Shown: positions 49,350 through 62,329, counted from the first letter of the stretch. The stretch: 64,000 bases of DNA from Raillietiella orientalis (GCA_036172245.1 JAYWIR010000042.1:620001-684000), one strand, 5' to 3'. Numbers and translations: made by a program. The notes: a model not told the origin generated them from the sequence alone.

Positions 49350-51400
49350 GAATTTTTCTTTCCGAGTTGCCCGTCTTGGAATAACCCTTGTGTTTTCTAC
49401 GACGTGCTCCCTCCTTCCTCTATTATCTTTCTCTGTGTTTATGGAACTGAATATTTGTTCCTGATAAATCCCAACTTATTTTCTGCCCTATTACTGAAAA
49501 ATTCTTGGCTCAATGAGAGCTTTGAAGCTGCACTTTTCATTTGTGTCAGAAGGTTTGGGAAATGCACGACACTTTCGTGTCCCTCGTGCTTCCGGTCACA
49601 TTCTTTCGTAGAGGCTTTCCAAATGTGTAGCTATTGAAGCCCAAGTGGCAGGAACCAGGAGCAATAGTGCTCATTGATTTCGTTCAGTTCCCATGCCATT
49701 CATTTCATTTTCTTCTGGATAATCGGAGCAATGCCAATGGTCTTTTTGTCTGATCTCACCTCATGTGCCATTATTTCAACATTTATTGGTTTCCACGCAT
49801 CAAGACTGTCTGTAAAATATACAGGTTCATGGTGTCGCAGAAGAGTGAGAATTTGGAGGAAGATTGGGACGCATCGATTTCCTTTAGGGTGTCTCACCAT
49901 ATAGGGAATGGCAAAAGGATGATCTCTCTGGTGTAAGTACAGGGAACTCATAAGGAAGAACCTTGTAGTGCAATGAGGTAACTGTGCCATTCTGGATGCA
50001 TCCCACTCGTTGCAGAGCACAATAAGATGCACTGAAAATCCTCCCGAGGATGCTTGCCTTTGTTCAAGAGGACGCGGTGGAAGACAAATATCTCCAAGGT
50101 CTCTACCCGTATCCTAGCTTATATAAAAGCTTCGCGGATATTTCCTTTTCTCCCCAACACCCACCCCTACTCTACATCTAAGTTCCTTTTTCCACGTAGT
50201 TCCTATGTTAGTCTTTTAGCAGCTGTGGAAAGGTTTCTTTCGAGTGTTCAGAGAGCGAGGACGGCTTCTTCCTTGTCAAAGTTACCATCGAATTTTGATG
50301 TCCACCTTCTTCAACGATGCATAGTGCATCTTCTCCAAATCACTTCATTCATGGGGGAAAATGGAATTGAAGGACTCCAAATTGCATTCAATTAATACAT
50401 TTTCAATGACTTTCGTAGAGGAATCCACGGACCAAAGACATCATTAGGATTTCAATTTATGTTGAGAAAGAATAGAATAAAGGGAATTCGACACACCTAT
50501 TGTATTCAGGGATAGCGTTGAGTCAACACAGAAGTGAAATGCTTTCTTCGAAACCAAAGACTTTCCATCAATACCTTTCTAGAGCACAGTTTCTGTTCCT
50601 TGGGAAAAAAAATTGTTGCGCCTCTGCAATTGCACGATGGCAAGAACTGCGGATCACTTTTCTTGCCTTCCACTGTCATCCTACATGTGATGACTTTTGT
50701 AATTATCCAGTGATTATAGACGTTTTTGTAGCTTCTCTCTCATTTTCCGCTCTGCAGGACTCTCGGACATTCAATCCAACCCACCCTGCTTTCTTATCAC
50801 GAATTCTGAATTCTGCAACTCAAGCCAGAGAGGAGTGAATGAGATAGGGCTTCAGATGGGCGAAGGAAGCTGGATCTAAATACGATCAAAGTCACAATTC
50901 CTTTATCCCGAGCACGCAAATCTCAAGTTTCGGGACTCCGTGTTGCGTCCAGCACGAAGATCGGGAGCCCTCACTTTGAACTGATGGCTCATTTCAGATT
51001 TCGTACTTTCGAAGAAAAAGCTCATGAGAAGCGAATTCAGCATCCACAAGGAGCAATCAGGGATGCTAGCAGCATGCAGAAAAGAATTCTTCGAACGGGA
51101 TTGCAGCCGTCGATTGCCTTTACTTGAAAGATGAAGTACAGTGCGCTTTGCGCTACGTAATGAGTATTCCTCCAAGAGAGATGCCAAATAAATCATTTAG
51201 AAAATTCAGCTTTTCCTACAGTGCGTGTCCCAAGTCTGCAGCTTCTCTTTACAGCTGGCTTTTATTATGCAGCAAAGACTTGAAAAAATTTCTCATGGAG
51301 CTTAGTTTCGCCCAGTTTTACTGTCCTGAAATCATGTCTTCAGATCGGATCTGTCTGAAACGAGAGCCTCTTAAATGTTAAATTGATTTCGTTTGCTCCA
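49350..51400 (-). mobile_element. Non-LTR retrotransposon ORF2 remnant with RT and RNase H (I/Nimb-like)
   Basis: In order: FLNDLFGISL.G....*RKA, HQF...RAGRNT (cf. Q.GFR.GRST), RMTVEGKKS, QG...VL, GNFDK, FI*ARIR..LE, YFTDSLDA (RNase H), SW/VPA/HLG (cf. WVPAH.G), NKLGFI. Confidence 0.7.
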
Positions 51401-53249
51401 TGAGGCTTTGATGTTCCGAGAAATTAACCCTGAGAGCTCGCTGGATTGCATCATACCCTTAATAGGCGTTGATTTTTGCTGCACTGATTAATCCAGGATT
51501 TTGAAGAAAACGTGGGGAGCAATAAATCCTGGATGTCCAATAGACGTCAAATCATTCAAAACACTGGAAGGTGATCAGTAACTAACTGTGCAAGCTACTC
51601 ATTCGGCGAGATCGGGACACGATGATACTCTTTTGCCGGCAGGCACTTTCGTTTCAATTCAGTCCAAATAAAGAAACGCCCGGATGCTTCGCTCAAGATT
51701 CAATGAGACGGAATTCGATGACCGTCGTAATAATAAAGAAACTGGATGCTCAGCAGAGAAGGATGCCATGAATCTGGTGGTCACAATCATGCAATGCAGG
51801 TCGAATCAACAACTGTCATTGCCTCCTAATTTATAGGAGGACGGAATGAGGTTTGAAGGATAGTAAACTCCTCGTTTCGGGAGGGATGCAATCCTATTTT
51901 CTACGGGGGTTTGTAAATGAAATTCAACTTTAAGATCGAAATACGAGTCCAATGGAAAACTCAGATAAAAAATCAGAAACGAGTCCCAGGGAAGAATTTG
52001 ACCGAATCGATTCTTCCTGTGGATGTTCTCTCCATGCTGAAACTACAAAAGAAGCCATTTTCTCCAGTACCCGGGAGGAATTCGCTCAAAATAATATTAT
52101 TCCACGTCCACCTCAGTGATCGCATTTTTTATGCGAGAGACACGCAAACGGAGTGAAAACATCCAATGAATTAAATTTTGATGAAAGCGGATTAAGAAGT
52201 TAACGCGGTCATTATTCCATCGCCATGTCTTGCAGCCTCTCTGTGCTCGGCAGTTTTATTGCAGAGAACCATTGAGAACATCACGAGAACCTCGGAGTTT
52301 GCCGGAGCGCCAGTCATCCGATTGGAATTCTCATCTCCACTCCGTTCTCCACGATGATATACGAACTTTCGAGGAAAACGGTGATCCGGCGTTGACGTCT
52401 TCTCCTCCAGAGGAGATGCCACAGCAAGCTCAATTCCAGTGATCGCTCAAAACAGCGCTCATCATGCATCGGGCGAGGATCAGAAATCTATTTGAAAGCA
52501 CGGTCAACGCCATGAGATCCCAAGGGCCTCTTGTGCTCTCCGCCCTTCCATACATCGACTTTATCCGTTGCAAATGAGCACTGCGGCACAGGAAATAAAA
52601 GACTGGAACTCTCACTGCTAAATTTTGCCATGTCTCCAGGGGGACTGCCTGCGACCTCTGCGTCCAATCCTCCCTATCTTCCTTCTTTTTTTTTTTTTTC
52701 TTTCATAGCACCTGCACAGAGATGTCCTTCCCAATAGAAACGTGCAGCTATCAAAACGTGCCCTGGTGTTCGGGAGCGTGCGTCACTGTATTGACGGTTT
52801 CGCTTCACAGTCATCCATGGGATGAATTTCATGGAACATTTTGTTTTCATTCACCGCAGTCAGAGACGCCAAGCGATTTGCAGTTTCAGATATTCTCCGC
52901 AGTCAGCGACTGCGAGTCTTCCTCGAATAAAAGAAAAGTCTGTGCTTGAGCTGCAAAGTCCGTGTTTTGAAACCTGAAGACCTGACCAGCCTAACGTGAA
53001 GGTCATGCAAGAATGTCAGAGGACACAATCACATATGATTTTTTGATCTCCTAGATGATGAGGTCACCTCTGGAGCATTCGCTCAGAAGAAAGATTGTCT
53101 TGGAGACTTGCTGCATCAGCTATTGAGATTTGGTGTCTACGAGTGACAAGTGTGTGCCGAATTTGGAATTGTAGTGCAAAAGGACTTCGGCAGCTCCGAC
53201 AGGAATCTGGAAGCTGTTCTTACGCTCTGAATGAATAGCTTGCACGTGG

Positions 53250-53440
53250 ATAAAAGGAAACTCAGGTAAGCACTTGCATTTTCGAATGGTCTCACAGCCA
53301 TCTTGTGCTCCACGAGAAGATACTGGTAGTCGAAACCTCGTAGAAGCACTCTTTGCATCCTCATCCCTGAATCATGGTGTCTCTTGAAGCTCGACTAAAC
53401 AGAAGAACTTCGAGACTTTCCAGTTTTATACGCATATTTC
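53250..53440 (-). mobile_element. Ty3/Gypsy RNase H remnant, C-terminal half
   Basis: RMQRVLLRGFDYQYLLVEH....ENASAYLS (cf. RLQRW.L.L..YDY.I.Y..G..N..AD.LS). Confidence 0.6.
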
Positions 53441-53441
53441 G

Positions 53442-54149
53442 TGGAACGAAAAGCGCCAATACTCGCGTCGGAGGCCGTGTGGTTACGGTGGTCTCCGCGC
53501 GTGGCACCTTTGAGCATCGTGGGTTCGAATACTCCGAAGAAATCGACGCAGTGCGTCGTGGGTTCCGAGCTCACCCCACAAGATGACGCAGGATTGGCCT
53601 ACATTCATCCGGGTGCGGCACTGGTAGAGGTTAAAACCGGATGCCCCCGATGAGGTCCGGGACAAATGGGAGTCGACTTCCGGGTCCTTCCAGGAATCAC
53701 GGAGTGGGAGTTCCCCTCCGGTTGTGAAGGAGAGGATCCCCCATTCCGGGGGGACCCCTCCTCGTCGGACTGATGGAGTAGGTGTGTCGCCACCACCTCT
53801 CCAGAGCATGCAGGGAAGCTGCGTCCTTCTGAATTTCGGAAGCGTCACGTTCTGGGTTCTCTTCAGAGGAGTAAAAGCAGGATCAGATCCCTTCCGGGTT
53901 CCCACCAGAGAAGAAAGAATGGAGCGGACTCCCGCGAAGGTCCTCCGGAGAGAATGAGGAAGGAGATTACCTTCAGGATTCCTCTTCGGTGACAACCAGG
54001 GTGAAGATCTGATCCCATCTCCTCTTTCCAGGGGGATCCCTTCTCCGGCGCGAGAGGAACAGAATCTGAGCCCTTCCTGGATTCACAGGGCTGGTCTCTT
54101 CCGGAGTACCCCCTATCTTGAAGAATTATCTGCCCTCAGTTGGCGTGGA
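53442..54149 (+). repeat. Dispersed ~700-850 bp repeat, copy 2 (tRNA-headed SINE-like or LTR-like)
   Basis: A-box-like AGGCCGTGTGGTTA (~53472-53485) and B-box GGGTTCGAAT (53521-53530). Inverted homolog of copies 1 and 3. Confidence 0.8.
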
Positions 54150-54330
54150 ACCTTGTCGAAGAACTGCGAAGACAAAAAATCCACAAATTCCATCATCCAC
54201 AAAGCGACAATATTTTGGAATTGGTGCGAAAATTCCTCTTGCCGACTGCGTGCCTTTTGGTAGTGACTGCATTGAATCTGCAGAGGCCTTCGTGAGGCAG
54301 CTGCGAAGAAGTCATCATAAACCACGAATC
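54150..54330 (-). mobile_element. Ty3/Gypsy RNase H remnant, N-terminal half
   Basis: FAAASRRPLQIQCSHYQ....IVALWMMEFVDFL (cf. AYASR.L...E..Y.Q.E.E.LAIVW...F..YL). Confidence 0.4.
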
Positions 54331-55249
54331 ATCATTCCGCACACGTTGAACTCAGCTACAGTGTTCTTCCTTGCAACAAACTTTGAGCTTTTGTTGCTTT
54401 CAGAGCAGGTCAGTAGTGAAAAGTGAATGAGGGCATCTTGCGTGATAACTATAACCTGCAAAGGAAAGATAGAGCATTGGAAAGTTTCGTCCCCATTAAC
54501 CGATCCTCCAGAAAGGGTTTTGTGTTGAGCATCATATAATGAGGTATTGTTTTTCAAAATTGTATTATTTTGATGCGGATGATGAATACAGTCATTACTA
54601 TATTATTAGAATGAGATGAATTCATAGCATGAATAATTTTATACTTACATCGATAAAAAATCATCAGCTGGGAAGCTGGCCAGTGCTGCTACTATGGAAC
54701 CGATATTTGCATGAATAATGCCATTCACGACCAATAATTTGAAATAAATGGTTATTCAGAACCGAGGTTTATATTTAAAGGAATTCAGCAGAGATGTTTA
54801 ATGCATTCGTAACCGAAGACAGTGCCAACAGCATGTCGCGTGTGTGAATAATATGATATTATGTATTCTTAATAGCGCATGATCCGCTCGAGTACAAAAT
54901 CACACCACTATCTGATTCGACGGTTTTTTGCTCCCCCACGCAAGCACCATTTAAATTTGGTGAATCGGCCCCATCTGAACAAGTGTTTGCAATTTCCTGA
55001 ATGCGTCACACCAGAGATTGAAAGCAAGGAAGCGATTGCTTATGAGTTACATAAATTGGTTCCGTCAGCAGATAAGTAACGCACCCTGCTGTGGGGAACA
55101 CACGGATGATATGAAAAATCCTGTGATTCCGGGAAACCGTGACGAAAATGGTCAGGAGTTCGCAGTGCCTTCCTATTGACTCGAATTTCCTTAGGAAAGA
55201 TTAGCTCCTGAGGGAATTTTCAGGAAGAGAAACTTCAAATGACGTCTCG

Positions 55250-55780
55250 GACGGAGTGCAGTCAGACACTCTTGGTGCTCGTGGAAGGTTCAATTCAAAA
55301 AAAGACCATGGGCACGCCATTGCTCGGTAAAAGCGCTCGAATATCCGATTTTGCAACTGTAGGTTTGCGTCCGATGCTGCGCGCAATCACAAAGAGCATC
55401 TTCGTATTAATGAATGCAGAGGAAGGCTGTCTTTCCCACCCGCACTTTGCTTCCAAGGATGCTGCGGCTACTCGAAGGCAATGCGGAAAGCAGAGGCGAG
55501 GGATCGCTCTCGCAGGCGGAGTATTACAGGCTGAGGACTTGTTGGTTGCATCTTCTGCAGCAATGGATCTTTTCCATGCTGAGATTTATGTAAGTAACAG
55601 TCGGACTCCAAAGTGTCAGAGGCAAGCATCCCAGGTGAGAAACTCCATGTATGTGGTATGTTCTCGCAGGCGTCAGGGAGAAGTCAGAACAAAAATAGAA
55701 CTACTTCCTCCTTCCGTCATACTCTTGCACCTTGACATCCGAATTTGTAACCCGAACTTTTCCATCCTCGGTTCATCCGG
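55250..55780 (-). mobile_element. RTE-like non-LTR RT C-terminal remnant
   Basis: EKFGLQIRMSRCKSM (cf. GL.IN..KTK.M), ENI.../SHLGCL (cf. F.YLGS.I), ALCDC (cf. LLYGCE), RIFERFYRAMACPW. Confidence 0.55.
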
Positions 55781-56559
55781 AAAAGCCATTTTTTTCGGAA
55801 TCATGTTGAGTTTTTTTTTTTTTTTTTTTTTTTTTACACCTCATCCAGCTAGCGGAATGCTCCCGTTTCCTTTCTGATCATTCGTAACCATTTGCAAACC
55901 TTCCAGCTTAATCGTCCGTTCCCAGGCAACTCTGCTGACAACTGTTCGAGCTTGAGGGAGCTATGAAATATCTTGTATGTAATCCCATGAAACTCGAAAG
56001 AGTTTTGAGGAACTCTTTCCGTTCGTGCGAAAGGCTTGGAGCATTTGGAATCTTTCGCTCGTGACATCCTCTACGCTGATGGTGCACCGACTGGCTTCCT
56101 CAGATGAGAAAAGACGTTGAAATACATTTTCGCATGCCAGCATCCTAGAGAGAGAGACAAAAAATCACACTTTGTGCCAACGAGCAGGCACCAGGTTGAG
56201 TGTCTTCCACTGCCATAGCTATAACTGACAACTTGTCGAAGAGGGTAAAGTGCTCTTCGGGATTTCAGGTCTGCCCCGGAAATACATTTGGTCCGTAACT
56301 GATGTTTTCCCGGCTATCCTTTTCCGGGCTCCAATCCTCACCTTGGCCGGCGATAGAGACAGAGCTGGCAGCGAACTCCCGAATTCTGCTGGCATTCGAA
56401 AACGAGCCGGCCAGAAGCTTTGGCTGAGAAACCTGCGGAACCCACCTTTTTTTTCTATTGAATTAATTTTGGTTGCAACTGCAGGATCATTCCCGCTGGC
56501 TCTGCCTGCTCTCCCAGCATTTCCAATATGAATGACGAACTGCTGCTTAGTTCGTAGTG

Positions 56560-57040
56560 GACTGGTCTTGGGATCGTCCCTGTTTCATAATATAACGGTC
56601 GCTCGCATCGTCGGGTGGATGACCCAGTCCGTGAGTCCAGTAGGTGTCCCTGCTTGCCCTAATGCAGCTCCCACGATGAAAACTTGCAGTTTTGCCCGAC
56701 TGGTTGATGCCTTGGATGAGAGTTTGATGTTTTTCGTCCTTTGTTTTCCTTGCCTTCGAATGGGCAAGTAACGTCCACTATGGTCCGCTTTCCATGTTTT
56801 TCGCAGACGAGATCCGGCCTCCACAGGGAGTCGACTCCAGGTATCCCTTGGTCCACTGATAATATAGCTTGCATCCTCCTACCATTGTGGCAACATCTTG
56901 CAGTTTCAGCACGATTGCATTGTGTCGAGAGGTGTACATCGGGAAATGCATTAAGCAGTGACTCAATATGTGCGGTAATGTCTCTTTGTGAGAGTTGCAC
57001 CTTCAGCATACGCGATGGGCTCGTAATTTTCTTGATGCTC
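56560..57040 (-). mobile_element. RLE-bearing non-LTR retrotransposon (NeSL/Utopia/R2 group) 3' end: CCHC plus restriction-like endonuclease
   Basis: C*RCNSHKETLPHILSHC...TSRHNAIV, a frameshift, then WRPDLV...IVDVTCPFE, another frameshift, then VFIVGAALG. These are the canonical CCHC, RHN, PD..D and IVGALG motifs. Confidence 0.9.
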
Positions 57041-57699
57041 CTCTTATAGGTAGGAGGTTACTCCGGTGCCGTTGTCAGCGCCTCCATCTCCAGCAGTTTC
57101 ACAAAGAGCTGAAAAGCCGTCACCTCAGATGAACAACACAGTGTGATGATTCGAAAACAAAAATTAAACAAATAAACGGAAGAATCATCAAATAGAAACC
57201 AAAACAAGGCTGCTTTGCTGAATGCTGAAATGCAGTCTTAATTAGGAAATAGCGTAAGGTGAGAAGTTTTCTGAACTTTTACCCCATCCCCTATCAGTCA
57301 TTCCAAGATAATTAGCCAATGCCTTATTCTTTGTGACGTTCCTGAAATTGCTCTTTGAATGTCTCTGACTTGAAGGCACCTCTGCTGAACTTGATCGGTT
57401 TTCTTTGCATAGCTACGCTCTGGTCCATCCCACTTTCATTCCCCTCCTTGCTCCTTGAAGCACGATCCTCTAACTGCCTCACCCATGTACATTATGTAGT
57501 TCGTCATAAGCAGTAACCTGATATTTGCGATACTCCTGCAAGCAGTCCTCTCTTCCTTGTCGAACTATTCTTTTTGCTTTCTCACTAACCATGACCGAAA
57601 ATGCATTACTTTCTCAGATTAGTCCCAGCCTGCAGTTTCTGTCCTCAGCATCGAGCTGAAGAAAGTTTCTCTGATGATGATGGGGTCCTAAGTTTGCAG

Positions 57700-57960
57700 T
57701 GCCTGACCAAGGGCTTTACTGTCTTCGGGAGTGGAAAAGCACGACATGAACCAAAGTGCTAAGAGCATTCCTCCTCGAAATTTCCTTCTCCTCTGATGCC
57801 ATCCTTGCAGATGCTTCGTTCATCCTTATAGATGAAGCCAAATCCATCTACCTGAATGTAGATGTACCTTCAGCATGATTCCAGTGACATGACATCGGCA
57901 TTTCTCATGCCATGATTTTATTCCACATTCTACACGCGCGTCATTCACGGCGAATCTCTC
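57700..57960 (-). mobile_element. Possible APE endonuclease N-terminal remnant
   Basis: ADVMSLES...IQVDGFGFIYKDE....RGEG (cf. D+..L.E....I.GY...R.DR....GGG). Confidence 0.35.
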
Positions 57961-60919
57961 CAACAGCTACTCAACTTTCTTTCCCAATCCATAAGAATAC
58001 CAAGGTAGCAGAGAAATTTTACGGGTTATAGATTTTCATGTGGTTAGCAGGTCTCCCACCTTCCTCGCCTGGTGAACGTGTTCTATCTGTGCTGGTTGAA
58101 ATCCATGGCCACTGTTGCTCTCAAGAGAAGACTTCAAAGTATGTTTCACAAAAGCGATGCTTTCGATACATCTTCACCGACGTCTTGGGGCATCTTGTGA
58201 TCCTTCATTCGTTGCAGTCAGCTTCAAGACTCTCTTTTGCTAATTAGTTCCTCAAGAAGTCCACTCATCAATACCATCTCTCTTCAACCATCCCAACAAG
58301 CATTTGAGGAAAGGCAGCAGGAAATGAAGAGACAAAGTTTTCCCTTAGTTTTTCTGAATCTTTTCACTTTTCAAATCACTTATTTGTTTCCGTGTTTTTC
58401 CACCTGTGTTTGCCTCCTTCCAAGAAAAGCCTTTCGTGCGTTTCTGCAGGATGGTTGCCTTTCTGGAAAGATAACTCTGCCGCGCAATCTGTTGTCTTCC
58501 TCCTGAATCCCGTTTCAAATCCGCGTCATTGCTCCTCCATCTTAGCAATGTCGACACAGCTCAGGTTAGCTTGTGCTCCCTATTAAATTTCTAAACAGCC
58601 CTGATGCTATCAAACTCACCATTCCCCTGGTTGATTCTTGGAGCTCTCAGCCGTATTGGTAATTACTCATTCGAAATATGTGCACAGCGACTTCTGCTTG
58701 ACCGGTGATCTGTTCTTGACCCACCTCCTCTTTCTTGAAGTTTCTGATGCACTTCGTTGACTGCATCCAGCCTTCTCACGGATGAAAATTAAAATCTCTC
58801 CTCCACCTCCTGCGCGATCGACTGCCGTTTCCTCGTGAGAACTCTTTAGCTGAATTTCCCCTCTATATTTTGGAAAAATGTCCGCATGATGGTCAGATGT
58901 AGGAGTTTCTTCAGCGAAAGGAGATCTCAAGATGGCGTCCGTGAGATCACTGCGTGTTTCCCCTTTCTCTCGAGCATCGGATTTGTGTTCCCTCTCGGAT
59001 TAATTCTCTTTTACTAGTACTTGAACCCAAAGCGCTTTTCTCCAAACACGCTTTGTGCAACGGGAATCCGAGTAACACCTCGTGCATGCGACGCGGTCTC
59101 CTGATAGCACCTATGAGTAGGGGTGCTCTTGTGGGTGCTCTCAGAGATTGTGTTCTGACTCAGAGGAAGGTCAACTGCCGACGTGATGGAAGATTGAATA
59201 GTCTTGGGAGAGGTCATTCTTTCTTTTGCTTTTCATTCTGTCCCAGGTTGGGCTGAATTAAAACTGGATCGTACCAGGCAAACAACAAAGATCGAGTTCG
59301 AGCGCCAAGATATGGTGTCAGCGACCTCGAGAAACTCGGGTCATTTGTGAAACTCCCTTCGAAAGGGAAAACCGGAGAGGAGACTCGAGAGGAGAAAAGG
59401 TTCCATTTACGTATGCATGCGGAGTCCGAAATCCCTTTGACATGAAACTCTGCTAGCAAGGACCATCCCTACTTTCATGCTTATGACTATCCAAAAATCA
59501 CCTTCCGAAGCACGTTTTCTGAAATTCCGAATGGAGTTGCAGTGATGTTTCTCTTCCTTTGGCCATTCTTTCGGAAACGCACTTCCATCTTGCTTTTTTT
59601 TGCTGCTTCTCACTGATGCAAACTCATTTGCAAAATCACGATCTTGTCAGATGCCGAACCGCGGGTAACTAGCTGAAACATATCTCAATTAACAGGAGTT
59701 TCAAGGCACGGAGTGTAACCAAACAGACATAACGGCTTCCTTTGCTGCATGAGAGATGGATGGCGTCTTTCTGGATCGATTGTGCGGTCCTTGGAGAGGC
59801 CGTAAGGTAATCTTCAATGCAAACGACGAAACGCGTCTGAACTGATGGTCTTCTACTGTAATTTCATGTGATTTCCATTCCTAGGAAACCAGCATCCTCT
59901 GGATCAGCTTTTATCCTGAAAGATAGCTTCAGTATATCTTCTGTTTAACTGCCTGCCAGAGAAACCCCCAAAAATTCCTGCAGCATTCCCTGGAACCACC
60001 TGCACATATTTATCGCTGGTGAAGTCTTCTGAGCAGATGAAGCATATCCTACTTATTGCATCATTGGCTTTGATTGCACACACCTATATAGGTGTGTGCC
60101 AAGAGTCTCTGAAGATGTGACTTTCACGATAAACCTTATTCCAGGAATTCCAGGAATCCCGTCTGGGATTCCAGGAAGGCATAAGCTATTCATACTCTTC
60201 TTTAACATTTTCTGTAGGCGAGAACAAACGTGCTCTCCTTGGCCTAACAGGATTTGAAGACTGAATGAGGATTGGGCATTGAGCATGGAGCTTTCCAGTC
60301 TTCTACTCTCAGTGATTTCCGGGAACCTTCCAAATCGTTTGCTTGATGGAGACTCAGGAAAGAATTCCTCTTAATACTTTGACTGAAACTTTTAGAAAAT
60401 TCAGCCTTCGCAGCAGCCAAGGGAGTCGGTTTGAAGTAAAGAAAGGCATCAGGAGACTACTCCAACATTAGAACATGCAATGGAAATGAAGACAGCTAAA
60501 GGAAACTGTGTGCAGCTCTATATCTTCATGAATCATCCAGATCTTTTTCTATCTAACTTCCATGACACTTCAATACATCGTCAGAAAGCAACGTGCACAC
60601 TGATACTTCGAAAGCACGAACACCCAACATCACAACGGATCTCAGTCAATACTAAACTGCTCGAGACGCTGGGGGGCTGCTTTCGATCTCTTTATGTAAC
60701 TCATTGCCAGAAGAAGCGGTGGTAGAATGCAATGCTCCGAGGAAGGACTGTCATGATTCTGACGAACCAGGACACGGCGCAGACAAAAACCCTTTTGACG
60801 AGACCTCCACGGTGATCGTGCTGTTGCAGTTGGAATTCGAGGTTGCCTCTTTTCCGAATTCTGCAAGAGCAGATTGTCTCACGCGACAGCACCGATTCCA
60901 GTTGACCCAACTTTCTTTT

Positions 60920-61768
60920 CGACAACCTCGCAGGGGAGGGGGGCGTGTTTCTTCAGTGTAATTCCTCAGGATAGGGGCACCCTAGGATGGGGGTCCGCCC
61001 GATGAATCCAGGAAGGCTCGGAGTCCATTCGTCTCGCTTGGGGAGGGGGATGGCACCTCCCACCCTGGTTGTCTCCGAAAGGGGGGACCCAGAAGGGAAT
61101 CCCCCCTTCCTCATTGTCTCCGGAGGGACCTCTCCGGAAGGGGGGTAGTCCTCTTCATTTCACCTCCTCCGAAGGGAGCTCGGATAGGATCCGCTAATAG
61201 GAATTTCTTCTCCGGAGGGAACCCGCAAGGGAACCACTCCTGTTCGCTCCTCTGAAGAGAACCCGAAGGGACGCTTCCGAAATTCAGAAAGGGCGCTGAA
61301 GCTTCCCGCAGGGGGATCGCTCCCGCTTGCTTCCTTGCACTCTGTGAAGAGGCGACGACTCGGAGGGTCCCCCCGCAACAGGGAGGGTTCCGCCCTTTGA
61401 ACAAGTGGAGAGGTGCCCGTGAGGGCTCCTGCTCCATCTTGAAACCGGAGGGGTCCCCCCGGTGTGGGGGGTCCGCTCTCCGTTGCACGACCGGAGGGGG
61501 AACTCCCCACTCCTTTATTCCTGGAAGGACTCGAAGGTCTCCCATTGTTCCAGCCTTCATCGGGGGAGCCTCTGGCTTAATCCACGCCGGTGCCACGCCC
61601 GAATGATTAGGCCAACCAGCGCCATCTTGCAGGAGGAACCCAAACGACACAGTGGCGTCAGTCTCTGCCAGAGTATTCGAACCCGCGACGCACGGTGCCA
61701 TGCGCGGGAGCCTTAACCACAAAGCCTCCGACGCGGGCTATGGAGGGGAATTGAAGCTTTCTTCGACA
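60920..61768 (-). repeat. Dispersed ~700-850 bp repeat, copy 3 (tRNA-headed SINE-like or LTR-like)
   Basis: Minus strand reads GTCGGAGGCTTTGTGGTTAAGGC...GCGTCGCGGGTTCGAATAC (A and B boxes). On the plus strand a purine tract GGGGAGGGGGG lies just upstream of TGT, and the copy ends TTCGACA. Confidence 0.8.
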
Positions 61769-62329
61769 CAGGTCCTCCCAGTTTCGTTTTCCCGCTTTCA
61801 CTTCTATCAAATGAACTTTGCGTTCTTTACTCTGAAGCGTCCTTTTTAAACAAAAGAACCCGAGATATCCATATCTTGCAAGATACTGTTAATTTGTATT
61901 CAGAAAAGGGAATTTCACTTTGTTTTTTTCGGAGTGTTGATATTGAAACGCAGTCCCGTTCCAGTTATAAAAGGTTTTGTGGCTCTAATCCAGGGCTATC
62001 GATCTTTTGTCGTGCTGCTCATGCAGCTTTGATCGACTGATTCTTCCTTGAGCGACTCATGTCTTTGCTGATCTTTCTTTAGAGTCCACTTTTTGCGTTC
62101 ACTGGCATCCTCTATCTGCTGAAAATTTTCTTGCTTTGAGTATACATCAGAGGACATGCCAAGCTACGAGGAACAGTTCGCTCCCTCTAAAGAAAAAGCA
62201 TCCATTATTCTACTGAACTTTAAATTCTGAGAATTGATCACAATTGAGCATGCTGTCCCAGCCAGACACTAGTAAGATAGGTATGTCACTAGTGTCCATC
62301 GGTTTTCTTTTCCTTATGCTGCGATCACG

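Noticed and set aside
53644..53670. Hammerhead ribozyme core (CCGATGAGGTCCGGGACAAA)
   Set aside because: Lacks exact CUGANGA and GAAA boxes, and the stem is not conserved in copies 1 and 3.
55239..55877. 212-aa plus-strand ORF
   Set aside because: Antisense shadow of the RTE-like RT remnant and ends in a poly-T run.
59826..59840. Penelope-type hammerhead signature GACGAAACGCGTC
   Set aside because: No upstream CUGANGA core or flanking helices found.
61111..61722. 203-aa ORF (and the 170-aa ORF at 53483-53995) as a protein of the repeat family
   Set aside because: The frame is not conserved among the three copies, and the two ORFs are on opposite strands of the element.
61665..61735. Functional tRNA gene
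   Set aside because: A/B boxes are present but I cannot fold a convincing cloverleaf, and the sequence is the head of a diverged dispersed repeat.
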